Source: an uncultured archaeon (GTDB lineage: Archaea; Asgardarchaeota; Lokiarchaeia; Sigyniarchaeales; SOKP01). Taken from it: 17,560 bases of DNA. Where the stretch lies: NCBI GenBank assembly GCA_964508365.1, contig CAZDTP010000068.1, positions 1 to 17,560 of the forward strand. The letters run 5' to 3'. A program made the translations under genes and the position numbers. A model generated the notes under the pieces. That model was not told where the DNA came from and ran no database searches. It saw only the letters and a list, made by a program, of their open reading frames with translations. Below, piece after piece: positions 1 to 7,655 of the stretch; the stretch's first letter is position 1; each line of letters begins with the position of its first letter.

Positions 1-383
1 GGTTTTTCTTTATTGAAACTATGATGCGAAAAAGAACTATGTTTATTCAATTTGATTTTGATATACTTTCTCGACAAATAATTAATTTTAATCAAGGTTC
101 AGGGCAATTAATAAATTAGTAATAATAAATAAAATTTAGATTATTCAATTTGCTTTCATTGTAAAATTTATTAATCATTCTCTTAGCTCTTTGATTAACA
201 TGTTCTTGTCGATTTTTGAATTTAAGTTATATTATAATTAAATTACTAAAAGACATATTAAAAAAAAAATTTTAAAATTAATCTCATTAAACTACTTATA
301 CAGTAAAACCAAAGATATAATGTATTTTTATTTATAGCGGTTTTCTGAATTAAATTGTTTTAATTAAGAATTATAACTTAAAA

Positions 384-388
384 GGTGA
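384..388 (+). promoter_or_regulatory. Shine-Dalgarno GGTGA for the MBL hydrolase
   Basis: GGTGA lies 10 nt upstream of the TTG start at 399; it is an archaeal-type anti-16S match. Confidence 0.6.
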
Positions 389-398
389 TGATAGTTAT

Positions 399-1280
399 TT
401 GGTAGTTCAAAAAGTATATCATTGTAATAATGAAATATTAGAATGGAAATGGTCTTCAGACAACGATTTAATGCCACAGCCTTTTTGGACTTCGACATTT
501 CTAATTGACGGGTTGTTAATTGACGCAGGTGCTCCAGGAGGGGTAAGTGATTTACGAGAATTTATCAAATCTCTTGATTCCGAGAACGTGGTAGAAAAGT
601 GTGTAATTACCCATAACCACGAAGATCATTGTGGGGGAGGTCGTATGCTTCAAGAAGAATTTAAGATTCCTGTATTTGCGAATAAATTAGCTATTTCATT
701 ATTGAGGAAAGAAAAAAAATATCCCGATTATCGTCAAATGACTTGGGGTGTAGAATACCACCCGTTTCAAGCGGAACTATTAAATGATTCAATTAGTTCT
801 AAGTCAGGAAAATACATTTTTAATATAATAGATACACCTGGACATGCTCCTGAACTTATTAGTTTAATTGAACGAAAACAACAGTGGGCTTTTATCACCG
901 ACGCAGTAATGCCAAAATATCAAATGATATTTGGGAAAGATACTGACATTCCTGAAGATATATCCCTTATATTTCAATCAATTAAAAAATTGTATGATTT
1001 CACAAAGGGAATGGACAATTTGCTTCTCTTTACTTCTGGTAAGGGCGTTTTTAAAGGTAGATCGTTTTTAAAAGAGAGAATGGATGAGATTAATTCACTA
1101 CATCTGAAAGCTCATGAATTTCAAAATGAAGCTAAACAAAACGGGCTTCTGGATAAACAACTTCTAAGGTATGTCTTAAAAAAAATGTTTAAAAGAGAGA
1201 ATTTTTTAGGCACACTTACTCGAGGAGGATTATCAAGTAAGAATTTAATATTGTCTTTACTCGAATGGCCCATGGAATAA
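399..1280 (+). CDS. Metallo-beta-lactamase-fold hydrolase (TTG start)
   Basis: LLIDAG strand, THNHEDH (HxHxDH; H72/H74/D76/H77), TPGH (H149) and FITD (D168). The final metal-ligand His position reads FTSGKG. Confidence 0.9.
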   Translation: MVVQKVYHCNNEILEWKWSSDNDLMPQPFWTSTFLIDGLLIDAGAPGGVSDLREFIKSLDSENVVEKCVITHNHEDHCGGGRMLQEEFKIPVFANKLAISLLRKEKKYPDYRQMTWGVEYHPFQAELLNDSISSKSGKYIFNIIDTPGHAPELISLIERKQQWAFITDAVMPKYQMIFGKDTDIPEDISLIFQSIKKLYDFTKGMDNLLLFTSGKGVFKGRSFLKERMDEINSLHLKAHEFQNEAKQNGLLDKQLLRYVLKKMFKRENFLGTLTRGGLSSKNLILSLLEWPME

Positions 1281-1300
1281 AAAGATTTTATTGAAAGTAT

Positions 1301-1363
1301 ATCTTTTTGACCCAAAATGGTAACTGAAGCTACTTCAAATACTCCGCCAAGGTTGAGGCATAA
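1301..1363 (-). pseudogene. Orphan 3' fragment of an SCP2/archaeal-type thiolase
   Basis: Minus-strand translation LCLNLGGVFEVASVTILGQKD aligns without gaps to the last 21 aa of the thiolase at 7656-8843 (LAHNLGGAFSVCSTTILGQRD): 14/21 aa and 39/63 nt identical by hand count. There is an in-frame stop 27 nt upstream (1390-1388), with no start codon or RBS. Confidence 0.75.
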
Positions 1364-1463
1364 AAAATAATATATATGGATATAATTTTAAATATTCACA
1401 CAGTATTGGGATGCAGGCTTGAAAACCAAAGAGTATTAAAATTTCCATATCTAAATTATTAAT

Positions 1464-1967
1464 GTGGAACGGAAATCAATCTTTTTAGCTATAGTGATAT
1501 TTGTATTTTTATGTTCTGAATTTACCCAGAATGTCTTTGGAAATGCTGTTGTGTTGGATTTACCTGAAAATCCCTTTATTACGGTCCCCCTGTTAATACT
1601 TATGTATTTTATAGGAGCAAGGGTAGAGTACGCTTATTTTAATTCAAAAGTTATTAAAAATAATAGATTTGAGAATGACTCGAGAAGCCATTATAGATTA
1701 TTTTTAAGAATAAATCTTGTGACCTTTCCATTAACACAAATCCTTGCTTATTTTTTCTATATATATTTCATGCTATTTTTTTGGTTTTATGTATTTCTCA
1801 TAGAGATTGGAGTTGTTTTCGTTGAATCGTATCTTTTAAGAATTGAACTACTAAAAGTAGTAGATGTTGATATATCGTCAAAATTAATGCTTAGAAGAAC
1901 TTGTTCTGCGAATATTATCTCTTTTCTCATTGGTTTCTTAGCTTATTTGCCCTTTCTCTTATTTTGA
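1464..1967 (+). CDS. Hypothetical multi-pass membrane protein (GTG start)
   Basis: 167 aa with about 4-5 hydrophobic segments (N-terminal, FITVPLLILMYFIG, LVTFPLTQILAYFFYIYFMLFFWFYVFLIEIGVVFVE, ANIISFLIGFLAYLPFLLF). No family recognised. Confidence 0.7.
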   Translation: MERKSIFLAIVIFVFLCSEFTQNVFGNAVVLDLPENPFITVPLLILMYFIGARVEYAYFNSKVIKNNRFENDSRSHYRLFLRINLVTFPLTQILAYFFYIYFMLFFWFYVFLIEIGVVFVESYLLRIELLKVVDVDISSKLMLRRTCSANIISFLIGFLAYLPFLLF

Positions 1968-1972
1968 ATAAA

Positions 1973-3388
1973 TTAACCAATTCTCTTCTTATTACTTCTT
2001 AATATTGATAATAATACGATTGGAGAAATTATACACGCAATACCTACAACGCTGAAGACAAAATAGTCGCGTATGTCCAAATCCCTTCTGGGCTCGGGAG
2101 GAGTACCCCCATTTACAGGATTTTTAACTAATATTGTGAATCTATGCTGGTCTCCCCAAACATTAGAATATTCACAATTGCAAATAAAATAGATATTATT
2201 ATCGAAATCTATATTCAGAGATCCTGGTTCTACATCAAAAAAACCACCCCAAATAATTCTTGAAAGAAATTCACCTGTATTACTAATTTTAACTAAATTA
2301 ATATTTCCTAACTCATTATTTTGGACGATGTAAACATTATTATATGAATCCTTAGCTAGAAAGGTTTGTAGATAAAAAGGTTGAGTAATATAATCGGAAA
2401 GTGAAAAGTTCCATTTTTGATCTAAATTTAAATCATAACATAATAGTAACATAGAATCCGGATTAAATACAAATAAATCATTTAAATACCACATTTCTGC
2501 AAAATAGGTGCTGAATTTTTCAATTAAAATCTCCTTGATTTGATTCCCATTACTATTTAATTTAAGAATATATCCTGTAGAATAATTCTTGCTTCCCATG
2601 ATAAATAAATTATCGTTAGAATCAACCAAAAATTTGTGATCGTAATTTTCTAAACCCATTTGCCACATAATAGCCCCTGAACCATTAATTTTAGCCAAGT
2701 GATATACAGAATTGTTCCTAAAATAAAGATACATATTATATCCGGAATCTTTTACGATATAAGGAGGTATAGAATAATAAGAATCGACTATAAATGAAGT
2801 GTTCCATAAGAATTGTCCAGTATTATTAAATTTCATTATAAATAATTTCTTAGGATAAGGATGTTGATCATATTGACCGACAATTAGCAGGGAATTATTT
2901 TCACCTAATACTAAAGAAACATCATGATTATGTAGCTCGAGATTAAATTCCTTCGAAAAAAGAATTGCCCCTGAAGAATTTACTTTTATAAGTGATATAT
3001 TATTTGAAGGATAATATTCATTTAAAACAAATAGATTGTTATCATTATCAAAGACATAAGAGATTCGGGAATTATCGCCTAATTCAATTGAAAGTTCCCA
3101 CTCTTTAATTCCGGATGTATTAAAATTCGATATATATAAGTATTCTTTAGTGTTATCCTCTAATTCCAGCGTACCGATAACATATAAAGACCCATTAATT
3201 AATTCGCAATAAGGCGGGTAAAACCATCCTCCTTCTTTCACGATTTTTGACCAAGAATCGGAATTTGATAACCCTAACGGGTAATCTTGATGATTATCTT
3301 CAAAATTTTGAAGAGAAATTCCTATATTAGCTAGCATAATGCTAATTAAAATAGATATAATGAGTCTTTTCCAAGTGATTTTTTTCAT
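1973..3388 (-). CDS. Type I membrane-anchored beta-propeller surface (glyco)protein
   Basis: N-terminal basic-plus-hydrophobic signal; about 7 repeats of the form K-h-N-x-x-G-x-x-x-W (SNFNTSGIKEW, KVNSSGAILF, KFNNTGQFLW, KINGSGAIMW, KLNSNGNQIK, CYDLNLDQKW, KISNTGEFLS); Pro-rich linker, C-terminal TM helix and basic tail RSNKKRIG; 11 N-x-S/T sequons. Confidence 0.8.
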   Translation of the reverse strand: MKKITWKRLIISILISIMLANIGISLQNFEDNHQDYPLGLSNSDSWSKIVKEGGWFYPPYCELINGSLYVIGTLELEDNTKEYLYISNFNTSGIKEWELSIELGDNSRISYVFDNDNNLFVLNEYYPSNNISLIKVNSSGAILFSKEFNLELHNHDVSLVLGENNSLLIVGQYDQHPYPKKLFIMKFNNTGQFLWNTSFIVDSYYSIPPYIVKDSGYNMYLYFRNNSVYHLAKINGSGAIMWQMGLENYDHKFLVDSNDNLFIMGSKNYSTGYILKLNSNGNQIKEILIEKFSTYFAEMWYLNDLFVFNPDSMLLLCYDLNLDQKWNFSLSDYITQPFYLQTFLAKDSYNNVYIVQNNELGNINLVKISNTGEFLSRIIWGGFFDVEPGSLNIDFDNNIYFICNCEYSNVWGDQHRFTILVKNPVNGGTPPEPRRDLDIRDYFVFSVVGIACIISPIVLLSILRSNKKRIG

Positions 3389-3539
3389 TAGAGATATATC
3401 TGCATTCTAGTCAATATTACTAATTTAATTTGTAACCATAAAATACTATCTGATTAGCAAGAAAGAAAAAAATTTATTTTAAAGGCCTTAAGAAATAAAG
3501 AATATATAGATGAATACTATGAAACATTTCGAAAATTCC

Positions 3540-3548
3540 AAAAAAAAA
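3540..3548 (-). terminator. Oligo-T terminator candidate (T9 on the minus strand)
   Basis: A9 run on + lies about 27 nt past the stop of the 3576-3914 gene; archaeal termination occurs at oligo-T tracts. Confidence 0.4.
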
Positions 3549-3575
3549 GAATGATTAATCCCTTATTTATCAAAG

Positions 3576-3914
3576 TTATTGAATTATATCCTTTAATATT
3601 TTTTCAATTTTTTTCAATTCTTCTGAATTAGGACTTAGAATACATGATTTCACGGCATTTGCTTCTTGTATTGTTATTACGCCAGACAGTTTCACTCTAT
3701 TTTTGATATGACTCGCCTTATTTGCTATGGCTTCTTTAATAGTTGACGCTATTTTATTGTATTGCTGTTGAGTAATTTTTTTTTTCACATGATCTCCTCC
3801 GTCGTAAATCCCACTTGAACTAAATTTGGGTTTGACGGGATTATATTCAATGCTGTTTTGTTCAATAATGTATTGGTTGCCGTTTCCATCGCTGTAATTA
3901 ATCATAATTTTCAA
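3576..3914 (-). CDS. Hypothetical protein, 112 aa (TTG start; alternative ATG at 3905)
   Basis: Open frame with protein-like composition, distinctive YSDGNGNQY and SSSGIYDGG motifs, and a GAGGT RBS at 3930-3926. Confidence 0.75.
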   Translation of the reverse strand: MKIMINYSDGNGNQYIIEQNSIEYNPVKPKFSSSGIYDGGDHVKKKITQQQYNKIASTIKEAIANKASHIKNRVKLSGVITIQEANAVKSCILSPNSEELKKIEKILKDIIQ

Positions 3915-4121
3915 CTCTTTTCCCTACCTCTATTTATTTACAATTTATTTTGTTTTTCTCAGCAACTTATAGATTAGAGAATAGCTTAGATTAAATTCTT
4001 GTGTATCAAAACAATATATAAAGCTTCTCATTAGGTTTACTAATAAAAATATATTTTTACCTATTCGATATACATTAATTCTTACATGATGATGATGGAT
4101 GGATTAATGAATTTCACTTTT

Positions 4122-5216
4122 TCAAGTTAAGAAGGGATAATCAGTATAACCTTTTTCACCAGGAGTGTAAAAGGTATGCTTATCCCATCGTGTTATAACC
4201 CCACTAAGCTCAAATCTTTTTGGGAGATCTGGATTAGAAATAAAAAGCTTTCCAAACGCTACGAGATCAGCTAGATTCTCTTGTAGAACTCTATTCCCTT
4301 TTTCTTGGGTAAATTCGTTATTTATCATTAAACACCCTTTATATAATGGCCTAAAATGTTCGGCGATATTAGGTTCGGCAAAGCGCACTTGAGTTACATC
4401 TGTGAACGGTTCGGATAGGTGTAAATATGCTAAGTCGTAATCGTTCAGCTTTTTTACTATATATTCGAATGTAGGGATAGTCTCTTCGTCAACTGTAATT
4501 CCAAATATTTCATGAAACGAGGGATTTAACCTCGCTCCAATACGATTCTCTGGTATTACTTCCTTCATCTCATCAATGACCTCGAATAGAAATTTGGCTC
4601 GGTTTTCAATAGACCCCCCATACTCGTCCGTTCTATTGTTAGAACATCTCGAGAAGAATTGATGGAATAAATACCCATTTGAGGAATGAATCTCAACGCC
4701 GTCAAATCCCGCTTTCATAGCATTACTAGCGGCATTCTTGAAATCTTGGATTGTCTGTTTGATGTCATCAAGAGTCATTGCCCTAGGAGTAACAGTATCC
4801 TTAAACCCATCGTGAGTGAAAGATTTTGATTTAGGGTTTATTGCAGATGGAGCCAGTGGCAGTTCGCCGTTGTGAAGATCGGGATGTGACATTCTTCCAA
4901 CATGCCACAATTGGATAAAGATTTTTCCTTCCCTTTTATGGACAGCGTCGGTGACTAACTTCCAACCATCGATTTGCGCCTCTGAATAGATACCGGGAGT
5001 GTTAATGTAACCGACAGCATCTTTCGAGACTTGAGAACCACAAGTGATTATCAACCCTGCAGAAGATCTCTGCTCATAATATTTAGCCTGAAGCTCAGTG
5101 GGGCGATTTTCTATATTATTAGCCCTATTACGAGTCATAGGAGCCATTACCATCCTATTTTTTAGGTGTAAATCCCCCATCTTTAGTTGTTTCAAAAGAG
5201 GTTGTACTCTAAACAT
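4122..5216 (-). CDS. Old Yellow Enzyme family NADH:flavin oxidoreductase / alkene reductase (classical NemA-like)
   Basis: KNRMVMAPMTR, IQLWHVGR, AGFDGVEIHSSNGYL (H177/N180/Y182), RTDEYGGSIENR, DLVAFGKLFISNPDL and C-terminal TFYTPGEKGYTDYP. Confidence 0.95.
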   Translation of the reverse strand: MFRVQPLLKQLKMGDLHLKNRMVMAPMTRNRANNIENRPTELQAKYYEQRSSAGLIITCGSQVSKDAVGYINTPGIYSEAQIDGWKLVTDAVHKREGKIFIQLWHVGRMSHPDLHNGELPLAPSAINPKSKSFTHDGFKDTVTPRAMTLDDIKQTIQDFKNAASNAMKAGFDGVEIHSSNGYLFHQFFSRCSNNRTDEYGGSIENRAKFLFEVIDEMKEVIPENRIGARLNPSFHEIFGITVDEETIPTFEYIVKKLNDYDLAYLHLSEPFTDVTQVRFAEPNIAEHFRPLYKGCLMINNEFTQEKGNRVLQENLADLVAFGKLFISNPDLPKRFELSGVITRWDKHTFYTPGEKGYTDYPFLT

Positions 5217-5332
5217 ATCCTTTCGCTTTGAATTGAATGCGTTTTTTTAATATTTTAATTTGTAGATACTATTTAACGCTATTCTGTATAATCTATAATA
5301 ACGAAAAATTCATAGAACAATCTAAACAAAAT

Positions 5333-5527
5333 TTAGTCTTTTAATTTTCTTTCGTAGCATTTACAGCAAAAAAATAGAATTTCAATATTGCGAACTTTAA
5401 ATTTTCCTAGATTATGAGGTGTTATCCAATTTTTAACAAACTCTTTTAATGTAAGATTAAAATGATTTTTCGCAAATTCAAACGTATTTGAAAAATATAT
5501 ATCTGTAAAAACTTCAATAGCCTTCAC
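5333..5527 (-). CDS. Possible small Cys-cluster protein (64 aa, GTG start)
   Basis: Non-overlapping ORF ending FFCCKCYERK. There is no partner CxxC upstream and an in-frame TGA lies just upstream, so it may be a relic or spurious. Confidence 0.35.
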   Translation of the reverse strand: MKAIEVFTDIYFSNTFEFAKNHFNLTLKEFVKNWITPHNLGKFKVRNIEILFFCCKCYERKLKD

Positions 5528-5592
5528 CTCTAATCATTAAATATAAAAGTGTGAAATTCAACATTAACAATTAGAATAGAAAGAAGTGAATT

Positions 5593-7434
5593 ATGCCAAA
5601 ATACCCAAATAAGGTTATGGAATTTGTTAAAAAGCTCCCTGAAGGGCATTCTGGATTAAAAAAGTTTATTAAAAAAAATTATCAAAAAATTGATTTTGAT
5701 AAATTAAAGCCTTTTGATCTAATAAAAGATGAAACAAAAGTAACTAAATTCTATTTGCAACTCATTGAAGAGATTCTCTCATCAAATCCAGAAGCTTTAG
5801 AATTGCTCAAGAATTTATCTGTTATAAATATAGAATTAGATACTAATATTGATAGAAAATCTGTTGAAACATCAGATAACTCCCCAAATATAAAGGAAAT
5901 CTTTAAAGTATTATTGGAAATAGGAATAATAAGAAAAAAAGTAGATAAAAAAGAGGTATACGAATTTTCATTAGACCACATTCAAGAAGTTTTAGAAGCT
6001 CAGGCTGATGAAAAGTGCCATGAGTATGCACTTAAATATTATGAAATAAAGACTCAAAAATTAAATGGTAATCTTCAAGATAATATTGAGGTTCTTTTTC
6101 ATAAAGTAAAATTAAATCCTACAGTTGATTTGGTTAATGAGTTTCTTACTATAGCAAATAGAATAGGTCAATTTGATTTTAGCCATGGAAGATTAATTGA
6201 TATTGCGTTAGGATTAATTGTACTTGAAGAAAAATATAGAGCACCAACTCTAGTCATGCTAGGAAATATCTTATCTATGATAGGAAATCCTGAGGATGCA
6301 GAGAGAATCTTTCTTAGCGCTATAGATATTTACAAAAATTTGGCAAAAAAGTATTATAGAATATATCTACCCTATATTGCTACGATTCAAAAAAATCTAG
6401 GGAAATTATATATAGATTTAAAACGGTTCGAAGAGGCAGAAAAGATATATAGTGATGCACTTAGTTCATATAGAGAGATACAACATCAGTACTATGATAT
6501 GTATAGACCTAAATTTGATTTAAAAGAGTATAACGTTCTAGAGAAGTCATACATCGATAATTTGGAGGCATATAATGAGTTATTAAGGCGAAAATACGAT
6601 GTATTTTTACCTTATGAGCCCTCAACTACGAGTGATTTTGGTAACTTATTAGAAGATATTAAAGATGGATCAATTGATTCTTTAGATAATTATAAAAAGT
6701 TGGCAAAAATGTTCTATGATATGTATTTAGTCGACATTGCTAAAATTCAGAGTAGTCTTGGAATTATCGATACTAAGTTAATGAAATTTGAAGAGGCTGA
6801 ACAGATGCACCTTGAAGCTTTAAAAATTAAAAGAAAGATTGCGGAAAACTATCCTGATCAGGTTTTACCAGAGTTAGCTCTAACCTTATTAGATCTAGGA
6901 GACTTATATGCTATTTTAAACAGATTTGAAGATGCAGAACCAATGTTTAATAAGGCCTTACAAATTTATAAAAAATTAGCGGAACAAAATCCAGAAGTAT
7001 ACATGCACAATGTTGCTATTATACAAAATTCTCTTGGAACTATTTATTCTAAATTACAGAAATTTGGAGACGCGGAACAAATGTACATTGATGCACTAAA
7101 AATCCTTGAAATTTTTGCAATAGAAGATCCCAAAACCTATATATACTATGTTGCTGATGTTCAGAATAACCTTGGGAATTTGTTTTTAACACAGATAAAT
7201 CTTGAACAAGCCGAGTATTATCTTAATAAAGCCATAAAGATAGATCCCACAAATAGTAATATATTATATAATCTTGCTTGTCTTGAATCACTGAAAAATA
7301 ATCAAACAAAAGCTTTAGACTTATTAAATAAAGTAATAGAGATCGATAAAGAATATATCGAAAAAGCACTATTAGATAAAAGATTTGATAATATTAGAGA
7401 CTTAAATGAGTTTAAAGAGTTAATTGGTAAATGA
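5593..7434 (+). CDS. Tetratricopeptide-like repeat protein with 46-aa repeats and a C-terminal YNLAC-type TPR cap
   Basis: LG(x)8FE(E/D)AE(x)4AL repeats start at aa 223, 269, 389, 435, 481 and 527 (46-aa period); it ends YNLACLES...ALDLLNKVIEID...DKRFDNIRDLNEFKELI. Confidence 0.9.
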   Translation: MPKYPNKVMEFVKKLPEGHSGLKKFIKKNYQKIDFDKLKPFDLIKDETKVTKFYLQLIEEILSSNPEALELLKNLSVINIELDTNIDRKSVETSDNSPNIKEIFKVLLEIGIIRKKVDKKEVYEFSLDHIQEVLEAQADEKCHEYALKYYEIKTQKLNGNLQDNIEVLFHKVKLNPTVDLVNEFLTIANRIGQFDFSHGRLIDIALGLIVLEEKYRAPTLVMLGNILSMIGNPEDAERIFLSAIDIYKNLAKKYYRIYLPYIATIQKNLGKLYIDLKRFEEAEKIYSDALSSYREIQHQYYDMYRPKFDLKEYNVLEKSYIDNLEAYNELLRRKYDVFLPYEPSTTSDFGNLLEDIKDGSIDSLDNYKKLAKMFYDMYLVDIAKIQSSLGIIDTKLMKFEEAEQMHLEALKIKRKIAENYPDQVLPELALTLLDLGDLYAILNRFEDAEPMFNKALQIYKKLAEQNPEVYMHNVAIIQNSLGTIYSKLQKFGDAEQMYIDALKILEIFAIEDPKTYIYYVADVQNNLGNLFLTQINLEQAEYYLNKAIKIDPTNSNILYNLACLESLKNNQTKALDLLNKVIEIDKEYIEKALLDKRFDNIRDLNEFKELIGK

Positions 7435-7628
7435 AAATTCCAATAACAATTTATATTCTACTTTAAAGCTAATTTCTCTTGAAAATATAGAGTTACTTAA
7501 AATGAAAGAGAAAGAAAAGAGGATTGAAGAGATCAAGAAAATCATATACTGCATCTGTAGTATTGGCACCTTTTAAAAACAAGTTAAAAAATATTTTGTC
7601 AATTTTTCACTAAATTTTTAAATTGATT

Positions 7629-7647
7629 AAAAAAAAAATAAAAAAAA
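7629..7647 (-). terminator. Oligo-T terminator of the thiolase operon (T8-A-T10 on the minus strand)
   Basis: Long A-tracts on + begin 8 nt beyond the thiolase stop at 7656. Confidence 0.6.
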
Positions 7648-7655
7648 GGTTAGAA

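Noticed and set aside
1-95. Short frames open to the left edge (+ strand ...MMRKRTMFIQFDFDILSRQIINF*; - strand TTG at 77, SRKYIKIKLNK...)
   Set aside because: No recognisable motif or RBS; cannot be told apart from AT-rich intergenic DNA.
1121-1315. 64-aa minus-strand ORF in the track
   Set aside because: Mostly antisense to the MBL gene; its first residues are just the tail of the thiolase relic reading through.
1390-1450. Possible further thiolase remnants upstream of the relic (ACIPILCEYLK vs GCRMLTEICK; SLHP vs FGHP)
   Set aside because: Different frames, gaps needed and too few identities to exceed chance.
4086-4104. ATGATGATGATGGATGGAT micro-repeat
   Set aside because: Too short, low complexity, no spacer structure; not CRISPR or an iteron.
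5751-5981. 76-aa minus-strand ORF
   Set aside because: Antisense shadow wholly inside the TPR gene.
7431-7576. Mini-ORFs after the TPR gene (MKIPITIYILL* overlapping the stop as ATGA; MKEKEKRIEEIKKIIYCICSIGTF* at 7502-7576)
   Set aside because: 11 and 24 codons, no RBS or family motif; joining them needs an unsupported frameshift.
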